Numbered from the stretch's first letter, positions 1-10,388 are shown. The stretch: DNA of 64,000 nucleotides from Thermodesulfobium acidiphilum (GCF_003057965.1 NZ_CP020921.1:670916-734915), one strand, 5' to 3'. Notes: generated by a model from the letters alone, not told the origin. Numbers and translations: made by a program.

Positions 1-2
1 AT

Positions 3-1040
3 ATAGTCTTTTCTATAAAGAAATTCAAAGACTATGGAAAATTATCTGGAAAATCTATAGACGATTTAATTAAAAACTATAGAGTTGATTCATCATCTTA
101 CAAAGAAAATCCTTTGGATTTTGTGTTATGGAAAGCATCAAAGCCAGGTGAGCCTTTTTGGGAAAGCCCATTTGGGCAAGGGAGGCCAGGATGGCACATA
201 GAATGTTCTGCAATGTCTCTGAAACACTTCGGTTCTCCATTTGATATTCATGCTGGTGGGCAAGATTTAATTTTTCCTCATCACGAAAATGAAATTGCAC
301 AATCAGAGGGTTTTACTGGGAAAAAATTTGTAAATTATTGGTTGCATAATGGCTTTGTTACTATATCTGGAGAAAAAATGTCAAAATCTCTTGGAAATTT
401 TAAAACCTTAAGAGATATTTATCAGGAATATGATCCGATGGTTTTAAGGCTTTTTATACTGAGTAGCCATTATAGAAGCCCAGTTGTATTTAATTTAGAA
501 AATTTAATGGCTGCGAAAGAGGCTTGGGATAAAATTAAAAATGCTGTTGACGTATGTTCTTCTCTCGGGCTTATAGGAGAGCTTAAAGTAGCTTTGCCAA
601 ATAATTTTATTGCCGCTTTGTGTGACGATCTAAATACTCCGTTAGCTATTTCTTATATTTTTGAAAAAGTTAGACTTATTAATTCGCTTGTAGATAGTTA
701 TTTGAAATCACAAGCAACGGATGTGAAAAGCACTGTTTCTTCTAATATAAGTGAGGTTTTGTCTATGATTGAAATATTGGGTCTAAAGTATAAGCCTGAT
801 GTTTTATTTTATTCTAAAGAACAGTTGTCTAAAGAATTTGGCTCTTATAATTCTACTGAAGTAAATTTTGAATCATTTGATGAACTTACTACTGAAAACA
901 TTTTTAAACTTCTGAGTTTTAGAGAGTTTTTAAAAAAGAGAGAATTATATGAAAGTGCTGATAAAATAAGGGACTTTTTAAATAAAAAAGGAATTGTAAT
1001 AGAAGATTTGCCAGGAGGCATAAGAGTAAAAAAAAGATGA
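3..1040 (+). CDS. cysS: Cysteine--tRNA ligase (5' part outside window)
   Basis: Frame open from position 3; DFVLWK, GRPGWHIECSAM, DIHAGGQDLIFPHHENE and KMSKS motifs. Confidence 0.97.
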   Translation: MVFSIKKFKDYGKLSGKSIDDLIKNYRVDSSSYKENPLDFVLWKASKPGEPFWESPFGQGRPGWHIECSAMSLKHFGSPFDIHAGGQDLIFPHHENEIAQSEGFTGKKFVNYWLHNGFVTISGEKMSKSLGNFKTLRDIYQEYDPMVLRLFILSSHYRSPVVFNLENLMAAKEAWDKIKNAVDVCSSLGLIGELKVALPNNFIAALCDDLNTPLAISYIFEKVRLINSLVDSYLKSQATDVKSTVSSNISEVLSMIEILGLKYKPDVLFYSKEQLSKEFGSYNSTEVNFESFDELTTENIFKLLSFREFLKKRELYESADKIRDFLNKKGIVIEDLPGGIRVKKR

Positions 1041-1771
1041 AAAGTGATCTTGTGATTGGTGTACATCCTGTTATTAACGCTATTAAAGAAGGAATAGAAT
1101 TTAGAGAATTGCTTATTGCTAGAAATAAGAGACTGCCATTTATAGAAGAGTTTTTAGAAAAAAATAAAGACAAAAGATCTCTTGTTATTTATAAGAATCT
1201 TTCAGAAATTGAAAGACTTTTCCCTAATTCCCAAGGAATAGTAATGTTTATAAAGAGATTTGAATATGCAGATGAGGAAGAAACTGTTCTTAATGCTATA
1301 AAGTCTAAAAAGGTTCTTTTAGCTTTTTCTGGTATTATGGACGTGCGTAATATTGGTGCTGTAGCTAGAACTGCTCAAGCATCTGGTCTGGTGGGAGGAA
1401 TAATTTTACCAAAACATAGATCGCTTGATATTACTCCTGCTGCTATCAAGGCATCTACGGGCTCACTCTTAAACATACCGGTAGTGCGACTCAGCAATTT
1501 AAGATACTTTGTAAAGGATCTAAAAAAAAGAGGCGTGAACGTTATTGGTGTGGAAAAGAAAGGATCAATTAGGTATGATATGTTGAAATACGATCTTCCT
1601 ATTTGTTGCGTTTTTGGTTCGGAATCTAAATCGCTTTCTGATGTTTTTCTACGAGATCTCGATCAGAGCGTATATATTCCTATGGCTAGTGATTTCAACT
1701 CTTTAAATTTATCTGTAGCCTCTAGTATTTTGTTATACGAAATATTTAGGCAAAAGAATTTTGAGTTATAA
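1037..1771 (+). CDS. rlmB: 23S rRNA (guanosine-2'-O)-methyltransferase, TrmH/SpoU family
   Basis: GVHPV N-terminus, RNIGAVARTA, FGSE..SL and SLNLSVA SPOUT motifs; follows cysS. Confidence 0.88.
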   Translation: MKSDLVIGVHPVINAIKEGIEFRELLIARNKRLPFIEEFLEKNKDKRSLVIYKNLSEIERLFPNSQGIVMFIKRFEYADEEETVLNAIKSKKVLLAFSGIMDVRNIGAVARTAQASGLVGGIILPKHRSLDITPAAIKASTGSLLNIPVVRLSNLRYFVKDLKKRGVNVIGVEKKGSIRYDMLKYDLPICCVFGSESKSLSDVFLRDLDQSVYIPMASDFNSLNLSVASSILLYEIFRQKNFEL

Positions 1772-1810
1772 TATTATCCTTGATAATTTATTTTAAGGAG
1801 GAATTTTTTA

Positions 1811-2275
1811 ATGCTACCAATACCAACAAAGTACTTTATCTCTTTTGGAAGTTGTAATGCTGATCACCCTCTTAACGCATTTGATGGCGCACTCCTTTCT
1901 GCTGGAGTAGGGAATACTAACCTTGTAAGAGTTAGTAGTATTTTGCCACCGTCTGCTGTGGAAGTAAAGAATTTAGCTTTACCTTATGGCGCGCTAGTTC
2001 CTATTGCTTATGCGAGCAAGGTAAGTACAAATAAGGGGGAAAGAATTGCAGCAGCAGCTGGCATTGGAATACCTAAAGATCCAAGCCTTCCTGGTTTAAT
2101 AATGGAGTATAGTTGTTCTGGAAGCAAAGAGGAAGCTGAAAAAACAGTATTAGAAATGGTTGAAGAGGGTTTTGCAATGAGAGGTTTTAAGCTTTTAGAA
2201 AAGAAGGCTGTGACTACGGATATTGTAGTAGAGAAAGCTGCATGTGCCTTCGCTTGTGTGGTCCTATGGTATTAG
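1811..2275 (+). CDS. pdaD: Pyruvoyl-dependent arginine decarboxylase
   Basis: LNAFDGALLSAGVGNTNLVRVSSILPP with the Ser-Ser self-cleavage site; AAGGAGG RBS. Confidence 0.88.
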   Translation: MLPIPTKYFISFGSCNADHPLNAFDGALLSAGVGNTNLVRVSSILPPSAVEVKNLALPYGALVPIAYASKVSTNKGERIAAAAGIGIPKDPSLPGLIMEYSCSGSKEEAEKTVLEMVEEGFAMRGFKLLEKKAVTTDIVVEKAACAFACVVLWY

Positions 2276-3123
2276 GAGATAATAATACACCAATTTTTCA
2301 ATTCAAAGAAGAACATCTTCCAGGTTCTGGCATATATTTTGATGTGATTGATATACTCTTTAGTGCGCATTCGAAATATCAAAGAATTGAAGTATTTCAA
2401 ACTGCTAGTTATGGTAGAGTTCTTCTTGTAGACGGAAAAGTAATGCTTACTGAAAGAGATGAGTTTATCTATCATGAGATGTTAACTCACGTTCCATTGA
2501 GTTTATCAGATAAAATTAAAAATGTTCTAATTATTGGAGGAGGAGATGGTGGTTCTGCAAGGGAGTGTTTAAAATATAAAAATATTAAACGCATAAAACA
2601 AGTTGAAATTGATGAAATGGTTGTAGAAGTGAGCAAAAAATTTTTTCCTACTCTGTCAAGTGCTTTTAGTGATCCTAGATTTGAACTTTGTATTTGTGAT
2701 GGAATAAATTTTGTTAGACAGACTTCAGAAAAGTTTGACTTTGTTATAGTTGATTCAACTGATCCGATAGGGCCTGCTATTGGTTTATTTGAGGGCGAGT
2801 TTTTTGAAAACATAAAAAAAATTCTAACTCCTGAGGGTATTTTGGTTTTTCAGCTTGAATCTCCATGGTGTCATTTGGAATTTATTAGCGAAGTTAGCAA
2901 AAAAGTCAAAAATATCTTTCCGATTTTTAAAAATTATATTGCATTTATACCAACTTATCCTTCTGGGTTGTGGAGTTTTGGTTTTGCATCCTTTAAAATA
3001 GATCCGATAAAGGAATTGCAAAGTGATATATCTATTAGCGGTTTAAAATACTATACATCAGAGATTCACAAGGCATCCTTTGCACTTCCTAAATTTTTTA
3101 AAAATTCTGTAAGAGATATTTAA
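2266..3123 (+). CDS. speE: Polyamine aminopropyltransferase (spermidine synthase family)
   Basis: ERDEFIYHEML.HVPL, VLIIGGGDGG, VEID, IVDSTDP, PTYPSG motifs; start placed at ATG 2266 (ORF track begins 2242). Confidence 0.92.
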   Translation: MVLGDNNTPIFQFKEEHLPGSGIYFDVIDILFSAHSKYQRIEVFQTASYGRVLLVDGKVMLTERDEFIYHEMLTHVPLSLSDKIKNVLIIGGGDGGSARECLKYKNIKRIKQVEIDEMVVEVSKKFFPTLSSAFSDPRFELCICDGINFVRQTSEKFDFVIVDSTDPIGPAIGLFEGEFFENIKKILTPEGILVFQLESPWCHLEFISEVSKKVKNIFPIFKNYIAFIPTYPSGLWSFGFASFKIDPIKELQSDISISGLKYYTSEIHKASFALPKFFKNSVRDI

Positions 3124-3314
3124 ATTTTTTGAAAGATTATTTTATGTTGTAACAGGTTTATTTCAAGTAGTTTTGCATGTATTTCTTTTTGTTCGCCAAA
3201 AATATTAACTAGAAACCACAAGTTATCTTCTTCTGGTTTTAAGAGTGCAACGTCTTTAAGGATTAAAGTTTCTTCGCATTCCTGATTTTTATAAAAAGCA
3301 CTGGCTTCACACAT
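3120..3314 (-). CDS. CooT-family small nickel-binding protein
   Basis: 64 aa, MCEASA start, ..NIFGEQKEI.AKL.EINL..HKII pattern typical of CooT. Confidence 0.75.
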   Translation of the reverse strand: MCEASAFYKNQECEETLILKDVALLKPEEDNLWFLVNIFGEQKEIHAKLLEINLLQHKIIFQKI

Positions 3315-3316
3315 TT

Positions 3317-3760
3317 TTAGCTCGTCCTTTCGATATAATTTTTTAGACGCAAAACTGCGTCTTCAACTTGGTGGGGGAGGGGTTCTTGCTGGGTAAGAGC
3401 AATATCTATATTTGATTGATTAATAGGTAAAAGAATTTTTACTGCTTTTGATTTTGCAACAGCTTCCGACATTTTTTGGGTGAATTCTCCCATCATAGAA
3501 TCGGCTACTAAAATACTAATTGAACCAAGTATATAATCAGCTTCTGGAACATTCTTTATTATTGCGTTTTCACCTGATGCACCTTTATTTGCTTTTGCTT
3601 TAAGCATATTTACTGTGGCAAATGCATTTGTTCCTAGCGCAATTATTTCTATATTTTCAATAATTTCTGATAAAATTTCTCTAATTTTTAGCACTATTTG
3701 TTGACCTATTCCGCCACCTTGTCCATCAACTATAGCTATTTTTATGATATTTTTTTCCAT
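3317..3760 (-). CDS. DUF3842-family protein
   Basis: IAIVDGQGGGIG, ALGTNA.AT..MLKA.A..GASGENAI; GGAGG RBS. Confidence 0.8.
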   Translation of the reverse strand: MEKNIIKIAIVDGQGGGIGQQIVLKIREILSEIIENIEIIALGTNAFATVNMLKAKANKGASGENAIIKNVPEADYILGSISILVADSMMGEFTQKMSEAVAKSKAVKILLPINQSNIDIALTQQEPLPHQVEDAVLRLKNYIERTS

Positions 3761-3843
3761 TTACCCTCCTTTTTAGCTTCTTTTATTATAACAAATTTTG
3801 TTTTATAATGTACAAGAATTATAAAAAATAATTGGGAGGATTA

Positions 3844-4791
3844 TTGATTTTTTGTGTTGGAACCATAGTATTTGATACTATACTTGTAGTTAAAAAGTTA
3901 GCATTGGTTAACGATGCAGTTGTAGCTGATGAATACAAAAGGACTTTTGGTGGAGCTGCTGCAAATTGTGCTGTTACAATAAAAAAATTATCTATAGAAT
4001 CAGGCCTTATTTCTGTTGTAGGAAATAATGATTTTCACCACGGATATGAGGGTTATCTTAAAGATTTAATGATAGATACGAAATTTGTATTCAAAGTTCC
4101 AGATGGATATTCTCCAAGAAGCATATTGATTACAAGAGTGCCCGATGGTGCTCAACAAATTTACTTTTATGAGGATAAAATAAACTATGAAAAAATTTTA
4201 GAATCGAATATTTCAAATATATTAAATAATTTAGATAAATGTAAAATACTACACTTTACTACTGGGTATTATGATTTTTATAAGAAATTCTTAATAAAGT
4301 TAAAGGATAGTAAAAAGGATATAGTAATAAGTTTTGACCCAGGGCAACAAACCTTGACTCAACCTGAAAAAGTGATTGAAATACTGCCGTATGTTGATTT
4401 TCTGTTTATGAATGAATTTGAAAACAAAAAATTATGCGATGTTTTAAACGTTGATAATATTATGAAATATAAAAAGTTCAAGCTTTCTTGTGTAAGTTTA
4501 GGTAAGAATGGATGTGAGATTTTTTATAACGGAGTAAATTATAAAATTCCAGCTATTCCTCCAGAAAAATTCGTAGACTCTACAGGAGCAGGAGATAGCC
4601 ACAGAGGCGCTTTTTTGGCTTCATATCTTATGGGATTTGAGTTTATTGATTGTGCTTATATAGCGGCCTCTGTATCATCTTTTGTTTTAGAAAGAGACGG
4701 GGCTCAAACCAATTTGCCAAACCTTGATATGGCAATTGAAAGAGCTAAAAGATTCACTAATTCAAGTTTTAAAGTTTTACATCAATCATAG
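3844..4791 (+). CDS. PfkB-family carbohydrate/nucleoside kinase
   Basis: FGGAAAN, FDPGQ, FMNE.E and DSTGAGD motifs; TTG start after GGAGGA. Confidence 0.88.
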   Translation: MIFCVGTIVFDTILVVKKLALVNDAVVADEYKRTFGGAAANCAVTIKKLSIESGLISVVGNNDFHHGYEGYLKDLMIDTKFVFKVPDGYSPRSILITRVPDGAQQIYFYEDKINYEKILESNISNILNNLDKCKILHFTTGYYDFYKKFLIKLKDSKKDIVISFDPGQQTLTQPEKVIEILPYVDFLFMNEFENKKLCDVLNVDNIMKYKKFKLSCVSLGKNGCEIFYNGVNYKIPAIPPEKFVDSTGAGDSHRGAFLASYLMGFEFIDCAYIAASVSSFVLERDGAQTNLPNLDMAIERAKRFTNSSFKVLHQS

Positions 4792-5209
4792 CTGAGACAC
4801 CGACTCCCAATACCCTGTGAAACTGTAGTGGATTAAGAGAGTCAGATGGTATTAGAGCTTTAATTCTAAACTTATCATTGCTAAAATTAAATTCTAACTG
4901 CATAACAGCTTGTACTGTTTGTACTCTTTCGGCAGGGCCGGAAACCTGTGCTGCACCAACATATGTACCGTTCCCTATTGATATAATTGGTACAACTTTT
5001 GTCATTTCCTGAGTAGATATGTTTCTGTTCATAAGGACTGTGTTAATAAAATCATTTATCTGTCTGCCGAAAATTTTGACTGCTATTGCAATTCCCCCAC
5101 CTTCTAAGATGCTACCTAGATTGAATGCATAAAGTTTTGCAGGCGATAGAAGGAATAGGCTGCAAATTAAAGCTGCAATGGTAACCCTTTGGAAAATGAA
5201 TTTTCTCAT
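4769..5209 (-). CDS. Uncharacterised exported protein
   Basis: Signal-peptide-like N-terminus (..AKLYA-F), AGGAGG RBS, 146 aa open frame. Confidence 0.7.
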   Translation of the reverse strand: MRKFIFQRVTIAALICSLFLLSPAKLYAFNLGSILEGGGIAIAVKIFGRQINDFINTVLMNRNISTQEMTKVVPIISIGNGTYVGAAQVSGPAERVQTVQAVMQLEFNFSNDKFRIKALIPSDSLNPLQFHRVLGVGVSAMIDVKL

Positions 5210-5267
5210 TTTATCCCTCCTTTTGTTTATATTATATTCTAACTTAGATTACAAATAAATTAAATCT

Positions 5268-5296
5268 TTGACAAAAGCATAAATTTTTTATAGTAT
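5268..5296 (+). promoter_or_regulatory. Sigma70-type promoter of aroF-tyrA-aroA
   Basis: TTGACA at 5268 and TAGTAT 17 bp downstream. Confidence 0.5.
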
Positions 5297-5328
5297 TTTT
5301 AAATCAGTTTTATATGGAGGTAATTTTT

Positions 5329-6339
5329 ATGATTATTGTAATGAAACCGTCAGCAAGTGAAGAAGAGATTAATAGAGTAGTTGAAAAGTTAAAGAGTTTA
5401 GGTTTTGGAGTTCATCTTTCGAGGGGAGAGGTTCATACTATAATCGGTGCAATTGGAGACAAAAAGTTGCTAGTCGAGCCTATTGAAGTGTTACCTGGAG
5501 TTTCTGAGGTTATACCTGTGAGGAAGCCGTATAAAAGGGCTAGTAGAGAATTTCATCCTCTGGATACTATCATAGATATGAAAGACTTTAAAATAGGTGG
5601 AAAACAGCTAGTGATTATGGCTGGCCCGTGTGCTGTTGAAAGTAGAGAGCTATCCTTCGAAGTGGCAAAAGCGATTAAAAGTTTTGGAGCCAATATTTTA
5701 AGAGGAGGCGCATTTAAACCAAGATCTAGCCCATATTCTTTCCAGGGGTTGGGAGAAGAAGGACTGAAATATCTTAGAGAAGCTGCTGATGAGTATGGCT
5801 TAAAGGTCGTTACAGAGGTAATGGACACCAGAGATGTCGAGTTGGTTGCTTCTTATGCTGACATACTTCAAGTAGGGACAAGGAATATGCAAAATTTTCC
5901 ATTGTTAAGAGAAATAGGTGGGTGTTCAAAACCTGTTTTATTAAAAAGAGGGCTATCCTCATCAATTGAAGAATGGTTATTAGCTGCGGAATACATTTTA
6001 GCTGAAGGAAACCAGGACGTAATTATGTGTGAAAGAGGTATTAGAACTTTTGAGAAATATACAAGGAATACTCTTGACTTAAGCGCTGTTCCTCTGATAA
6101 AACAGCTTAGTCATCTCCCAATAATTGTCGATCCAAGCCATGCTACAGGAAAGAGATCTCTTGTAGCTCCGATGGCTAGAGCTGCAATTGCTTCTGGAGC
6201 AGATGGGTTAATGATAGAGGTTCATCCAAGGCCAGAAGAAGCCCTGTCAGATGGTCCTCAATCTCTCAATTTGAGTGAGTTTGAAACGCTTATGAATGAA
6301 ATTCGACCAATAGCAAAAGTATTGAATAGAACGTTGTAA
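5329..6339 (+). CDS. aroF: DAHP synthase (class I-beta with N-terminal regulatory domain)
   Basis: [43 protein letters not shown] 5329 after GGAGG. Confidence 0.95.
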   Translation: MIIVMKPSASEEEINRVVEKLKSLGFGVHLSRGEVHTIIGAIGDKKLLVEPIEVLPGVSEVIPVRKPYKRASREFHPLDTIIDMKDFKIGGKQLVIMAGPCAVESRELSFEVAKAIKSFGANILRGGAFKPRSSPYSFQGLGEEGLKYLREAADEYGLKVVTEVMDTRDVELVASYADILQVGTRNMQNFPLLREIGGCSKPVLLKRGLSSSIEEWLLAAEYILAEGNQDVIMCERGIRTFEKYTRNTLDLSAVPLIKQLSHLPIIVDPSHATGKRSLVAPMARAAIASGADGLMIEVHPRPEEALSDGPQSLNLSEFETLMNEIRPIAKVLNRTL

Positions 6340-6345
6340 AGTATA

Positions 6346-7191
6346 ATGGATTTTAAAAATATTTGTATCATAGGGCTTGGTCTTATTGGGGGTTCTCTAG
6401 CTAAGGCTTTTGCTTCCAATGGGTATAAAGTTTATGGCTACGATTCAAATATAGATACTATAAATCTTGCTAAATCTGATAGATTTTTTAGCCATTTGAA
6501 CGATAAATTGGACTCTAATATTTCTAATTGTGATCTTGTTTTTGTATGTGTAAATATTGAAGAAACTCTAAATGCATTTAAGACTCTTATGCCATATCTT
6601 AAAAACAATTGTATTGTGTGCGACGTAGCTAGCGTAAAATCTCATTTTTTTAATGAAGTTGTTAAAATTATTCCTAAAGAAATTAACTTTATAAGTACTC
6701 ATCCAATGGCTGGCACACAATATAGTGGATATAAGAATTCGTTTAAAGAAATTTTTTTTGATAGACCATTTTTAATAATAAGAAACGAGAATGCTAAACA
6801 TTTGGTTGATGAGCTTGGTAATTTTTTGAAAATTAATCTAAGAGTTAATATTCAATTAATTAGTATTGATGAGCATGATAGTCTTGTTTCTTTAATTAGT
6901 CATTTACCTATGTTTGTAGCCCTATCTTTATCGAGCACCCTAAGGAAATATAATGAAGTTTTCCCATATTTAAATTTGGTTGCTGGTCCTGGTTTTAAGG
7001 ATACTTCTAGATTAGCGCTTCAGGATCCAAATTTTACTTATTCAATATTTAAATTCAACAGGAAAGAGGTTTTGAGAGCTATTAATTCATATATTGATAC
7101 CTTATCCTCTCTTAAAGAATCATTTGAGAAAGATATAGAAAGATTTAGATCAGAAATTGTGGCAGCTAAAGAATTTAGAGGGAGGTTTTAG
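6346..7191 (+). CDS. tyrA: Prephenate/arogenate dehydrogenase
   Basis: GLGLIGGS, DVASVK, HPMAG, ISHLP, GFKDTSRLA. Confidence 0.9.
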   Translation: MDFKNICIIGLGLIGGSLAKAFASNGYKVYGYDSNIDTINLAKSDRFFSHLNDKLDSNISNCDLVFVCVNIEETLNAFKTLMPYLKNNCIVCDVASVKSHFFNEVVKIIPKEINFISTHPMAGTQYSGYKNSFKEIFFDRPFLIIRNENAKHLVDELGNFLKINLRVNIQLISIDEHDSLVSLISHLPMFVALSLSSTLRKYNEVFPYLNLVAGPGFKDTSRLALQDPNFTYSIFKFNRKEVLRAINSYIDTLSSLKESFEKDIERFRSEIVAAKEFRGRF

Positions 7192-7193
7192 AG

Positions 7194-8474
7194 TTGAAAA
7201 TTTCAGGGAAATTAAAAAAATTTTCTTCAGAAATTTCAGTTCCTTCTGATAAATCTATTACTCATAGACTTTTTATCTTTGCTCTATCAAGCAAAAAAGA
7301 ATCCGTTATTAGAAATCCATTACTTGGTGCTGATACTTTGTCAACATTAACAATTGTTGAACAACTTGGAGGAAAGGTTGAAAGACAAGAAAAAATAATT
7401 ATTATTAAGGGGAAGGGTTTAAGAGATTTTGATGAACCAACAGATATTTTAAACTGTGGAAACTCTGGAACTACAATAAGGCTTTTTTCGGGCTTATTGG
7501 CTTCAGAAAGAAAAGGTTTATTTATTTTAACTGGGGATAATTCTTTAAGAAACAGACCAATGGGCAGAATAATAAGGCCATTATCTATTATGGGGGCCAA
7601 TATATTCTCAAGAAAAAACTTTTTGGCACCTTTAGCAATTGTTGGAAATAAAAGTGGCCTTAATGGAATTAATTATGAAATGCCTATTTCAAGCGCACAG
7701 TTAAAGTCGTGTCTGATCTTAGCTGGACTAAAAGCCAATTCTGATAGTATTATTGTTGAGCCATTTCCTTCTAGAGATCATACCGAGCTTATTTTGTCTT
7801 ATTTGGGTATTAATATAAAAAAAATAAATAATTCAATATACGTTTATCCCTCGGAAGATCTCAACCCTTTTGATCTGACTGTTCCGGGAGATCCTTCATC
7901 TGCAGCATTTTTTGTGGTTCTTGCAATATTAATACCCGGATCTAAATTACTAGTAAGAGAAGTTTGTCTTAATCCCTTAAGGATAGGTTATATTGAGGTA
8001 CTTAAAAGAATGGGAGCAAAAATAACTCTTGAATATAGTTCTTTTAGCCCTGAACCAATTGGAAACATTTTTGTGGAAGGAACGGAAAAGTTAACTGCTA
8101 CGAATATCTTTCCAGAAGAGGTGCCTAAAATTATTGATGAAATACCCATCATTTCAATTGCTATGGCGTTAGCTGAAGGTAAGAGTGAAATTTCAGGTGC
8201 ATTTGACTTGAGAAAGAAAGAAAGCGATAGAATAAATGCAATATGTTTTAACTTGAAAAATATGGGGATTAAGGTTACAGAAAAAGAAGATGGTTTCATT
8301 GTAGAAGGCCCAAATGAAATTAGGTCTTCAAATATCAAAACTTTTGACGATCACAGAATAGCAATGGCTTTTACCATTGCAGCACTTTTGGCGGATGGAG
8401 AAAGTCAAATAGATAATCCCTCATGTTGCTCGATTTCTTTCCCAGATTTCTATGATAAATTAAAAGAGTTGTAA
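7194..8474 (+). CDS. aroA: 3-phosphoshikimate 1-carboxyvinyltransferase
   Basis: DKSITHR, CGNSGTT, SAQLKS, KESDR, DDHRIAM. Confidence 0.96.
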   Translation: MKISGKLKKFSSEISVPSDKSITHRLFIFALSSKKESVIRNPLLGADTLSTLTIVEQLGGKVERQEKIIIIKGKGLRDFDEPTDILNCGNSGTTIRLFSGLLASERKGLFILTGDNSLRNRPMGRIIRPLSIMGANIFSRKNFLAPLAIVGNKSGLNGINYEMPISSAQLKSCLILAGLKANSDSIIVEPFPSRDHTELILSYLGINIKKINNSIYVYPSEDLNPFDLTVPGDPSSAAFFVVLAILIPGSKLLVREVCLNPLRIGYIEVLKRMGAKITLEYSSFSPEPIGNIFVEGTEKLTATNIFPEEVPKIIDEIPIISIAMALAEGKSEISGAFDLRKKESDRINAICFNLKNMGIKVTEKEDGFIVEGPNEIRSSNIKTFDDHRIAMAFTIAALLADGESQIDNPSCCSISFPDFYDKLKEL

Positions 8475-8482
8475 AATAAAAA

Positions 8483-9964
8483 TTACTTTTTAATTTTCAA
8501 ATTGTTGAATTTTTCTAAAAGAAATGCTTTTGCATCTTCTTCATCTTTAACTTCCCCTCTGATCATAGCACCTTTTAGCATTTTTAATGCTATGCCAACT
8601 GTAGGTCCTGGTTCTAAATTTAATAGTTTCATTATCTCTTTTCCATTTAATGGCAACTTCTTGGGGGGTTCGTAGTAAAGAGAAGTTTTAATTATTTTTT
8701 TGTATAACTTATATCTTTCTAATATATAGGAAAGAGTAATCTTCTGCCCCCTGCTAGATAGCCTGTCTGCCAGGCTAAGAAGAGTAATATTAACGGTATA
8801 AGGATATGTTTTGCTTAAAAATTTTAATATGTGAGCTTCAGGATTTTCTGATGGTATAAATATTGGTTGCATATGATTCTTAACTAAATGTTTTAGTTCT
8901 TTTATCTCTGACTTTGACAGTCTCATTCTTCTAGCAATTTTTTCAACTATTATAGAGCCTTCCTGATCATGATTAAGAAAGCTTGTTTTGTTGGAATCTA
9001 GTTTCATAGTTATCGGTTTTCCAACGTCGTGTAAGAGAGTGGCTAGTTTTAATAATTGTATATTTTTTCTGCCACCACCTATTATGTGATTTAGGTAATA
9101 AGTAAGTTTTTCTAATATATCTTGCCAGATAGGAGATTTGAAGAGCAAAATTCTCTCTAGGCATCTAAGTGCTTCAAAAGAATGTTCAAGACCATTTAAA
9201 TGATGAAATCTTTGAGGTTCTGCACTTACTTTTTCAAGTAGTGTCAACTCTGGAAATATTATTTTCAATATTCCCGCCTTCCAAAGATTATAAAGAACGT
9301 CAGCAGAATTTTTTAGTGCTAAAATTTTGAAAATTTCATCTCGAACCCTTTCTGAGGGAACTTGAGATATTAAAGGAGCTTGTTCCATAATCAAAATGCT
9401 TGTTCTTTCATCTAATTGGAAGTTCATTTCAGCAACAAATCTATAAGCTCTAATAAGCCTTACAGGGTCTTTGATAAAAGCAAGGTCGCTAGTTAATCTA
9501 ATTCTTTTGTTAATTAAGTCTCTAATTCCTTCGGCAGAGTCGAAAAGAGCTCCATCGCTCATTCTTATAGCCATTGAGTTTATTGTAAAATCTCTTTCTA
9601 ATAAATCTTCTTGTAGATTGCTACCCTTTGGTTCTGATATATCTATCTGCAGACCTTCTTTTATTATACGTATTGTTTTTGAGGAATAGTTAGCACCCTT
9701 AAGAAAGAAAAACTTTCCTCCTAAATTATTAACTAGTAATTTGGCTATGTCTGATACAGATCCCTCAGAAACGAGGAAATCGTAATCGTTTATTTCCTTG
9801 CCAATTAATAAATCTCTAACTGCTCCTCCAACTAAAAAAACATTCTCATAAGCATTGTTGTCTAACAGGAAATGAATTTTATTAAGCAAATTATTTTTTT
9901 CTATTAATTCTTTTAAAGAAGTTATTTTGTCTCCCCCTCTTTTGTTTATATTTACAATATTCAA
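8483..9964 (-). CDS. tRNA nucleotidyltransferase family protein with HD domain (probable CC-adding type)
   Basis: VGGAVRD..DYD, RDFTIN, DP.RLIRA.RF, ERVRDE, LLHDVGK; start uncertain. Confidence 0.85.
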   Translation of the reverse strand: MNIVNINKRGGDKITSLKELIEKNNLLNKIHFLLDNNAYENVFLVGGAVRDLLIGKEINDYDFLVSEGSVSDIAKLLVNNLGGKFFFLKGANYSSKTIRIIKEGLQIDISEPKGSNLQEDLLERDFTINSMAIRMSDGALFDSAEGIRDLINKRIRLTSDLAFIKDPVRLIRAYRFVAEMNFQLDERTSILIMEQAPLISQVPSERVRDEIFKILALKNSADVLYNLWKAGILKIIFPELTLLEKVSAEPQRFHHLNGLEHSFEALRCLERILLFKSPIWQDILEKLTYYLNHIIGGGRKNIQLLKLATLLHDVGKPITMKLDSNKTSFLNHDQEGSIIVEKIARRMRLSKSEIKELKHLVKNHMQPIFIPSENPEAHILKFLSKTYPYTVNITLLSLADRLSSRGQKITLSYILERYKLYKKIIKTSLYYEPPKKLPLNGKEIMKLLNLEPGPTVGIALKMLKGAMIRGEVKDEEDAKAFLLEKFNNLKIKK

Positions 9965-10000
9965 AAAACATCTAAATTATAAAACATAATTTTGAAAAAA

Positions 10001-10369
10001 TCAATTTTTTGATTTGTCTGCTTTTTCCCAATTTTCGAGTTTGAATTTTACAAAATCCAAGATACTTTTTTGCTCTTCTTTTGATAGAACCTTTAAAGCG
10101 TAGAACATCATGCTAAATTCGGGCTCTTCGGAAAACTTTTTTGTTAAATCATCTGTGATATAGCCTGCTCTTAAATATAAGTCTAATTCGTCTATTCCAA
10201 GAACTGATGCTATATTTTTCAAAACTTTTGGAGATGGAGGAGGCATTTTTCCTGATTCAAGCTTGTTTACATAACCAGGATCTATCCCTGATAACAAAGC
10301 AAGCCTTCTCTGATTAATGCCTTTTTGAATTCTTGCTTCCTTTAAAAATTTACCGAATTCATTTGTCAA
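10001..10369 (-). CDS. XRE-family HTH transcriptional regulator
   Basis: FG..LKEAR..KGI.QR.LA..SGI...Y.NKLESG. Confidence 0.85.
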   Translation of the reverse strand: MTNEFGKFLKEARIQKGINQRRLALLSGIDPGYVNKLESGKMPPPSPKVLKNIASVLGIDELDLYLRAGYITDDLTKKFSEEPEFSMMFYALKVLSKEEQKSILDFVKFKLENWEKADKSKN

Positions 10370-10388
10370 ATTCGTTCACCTCTTTGTT

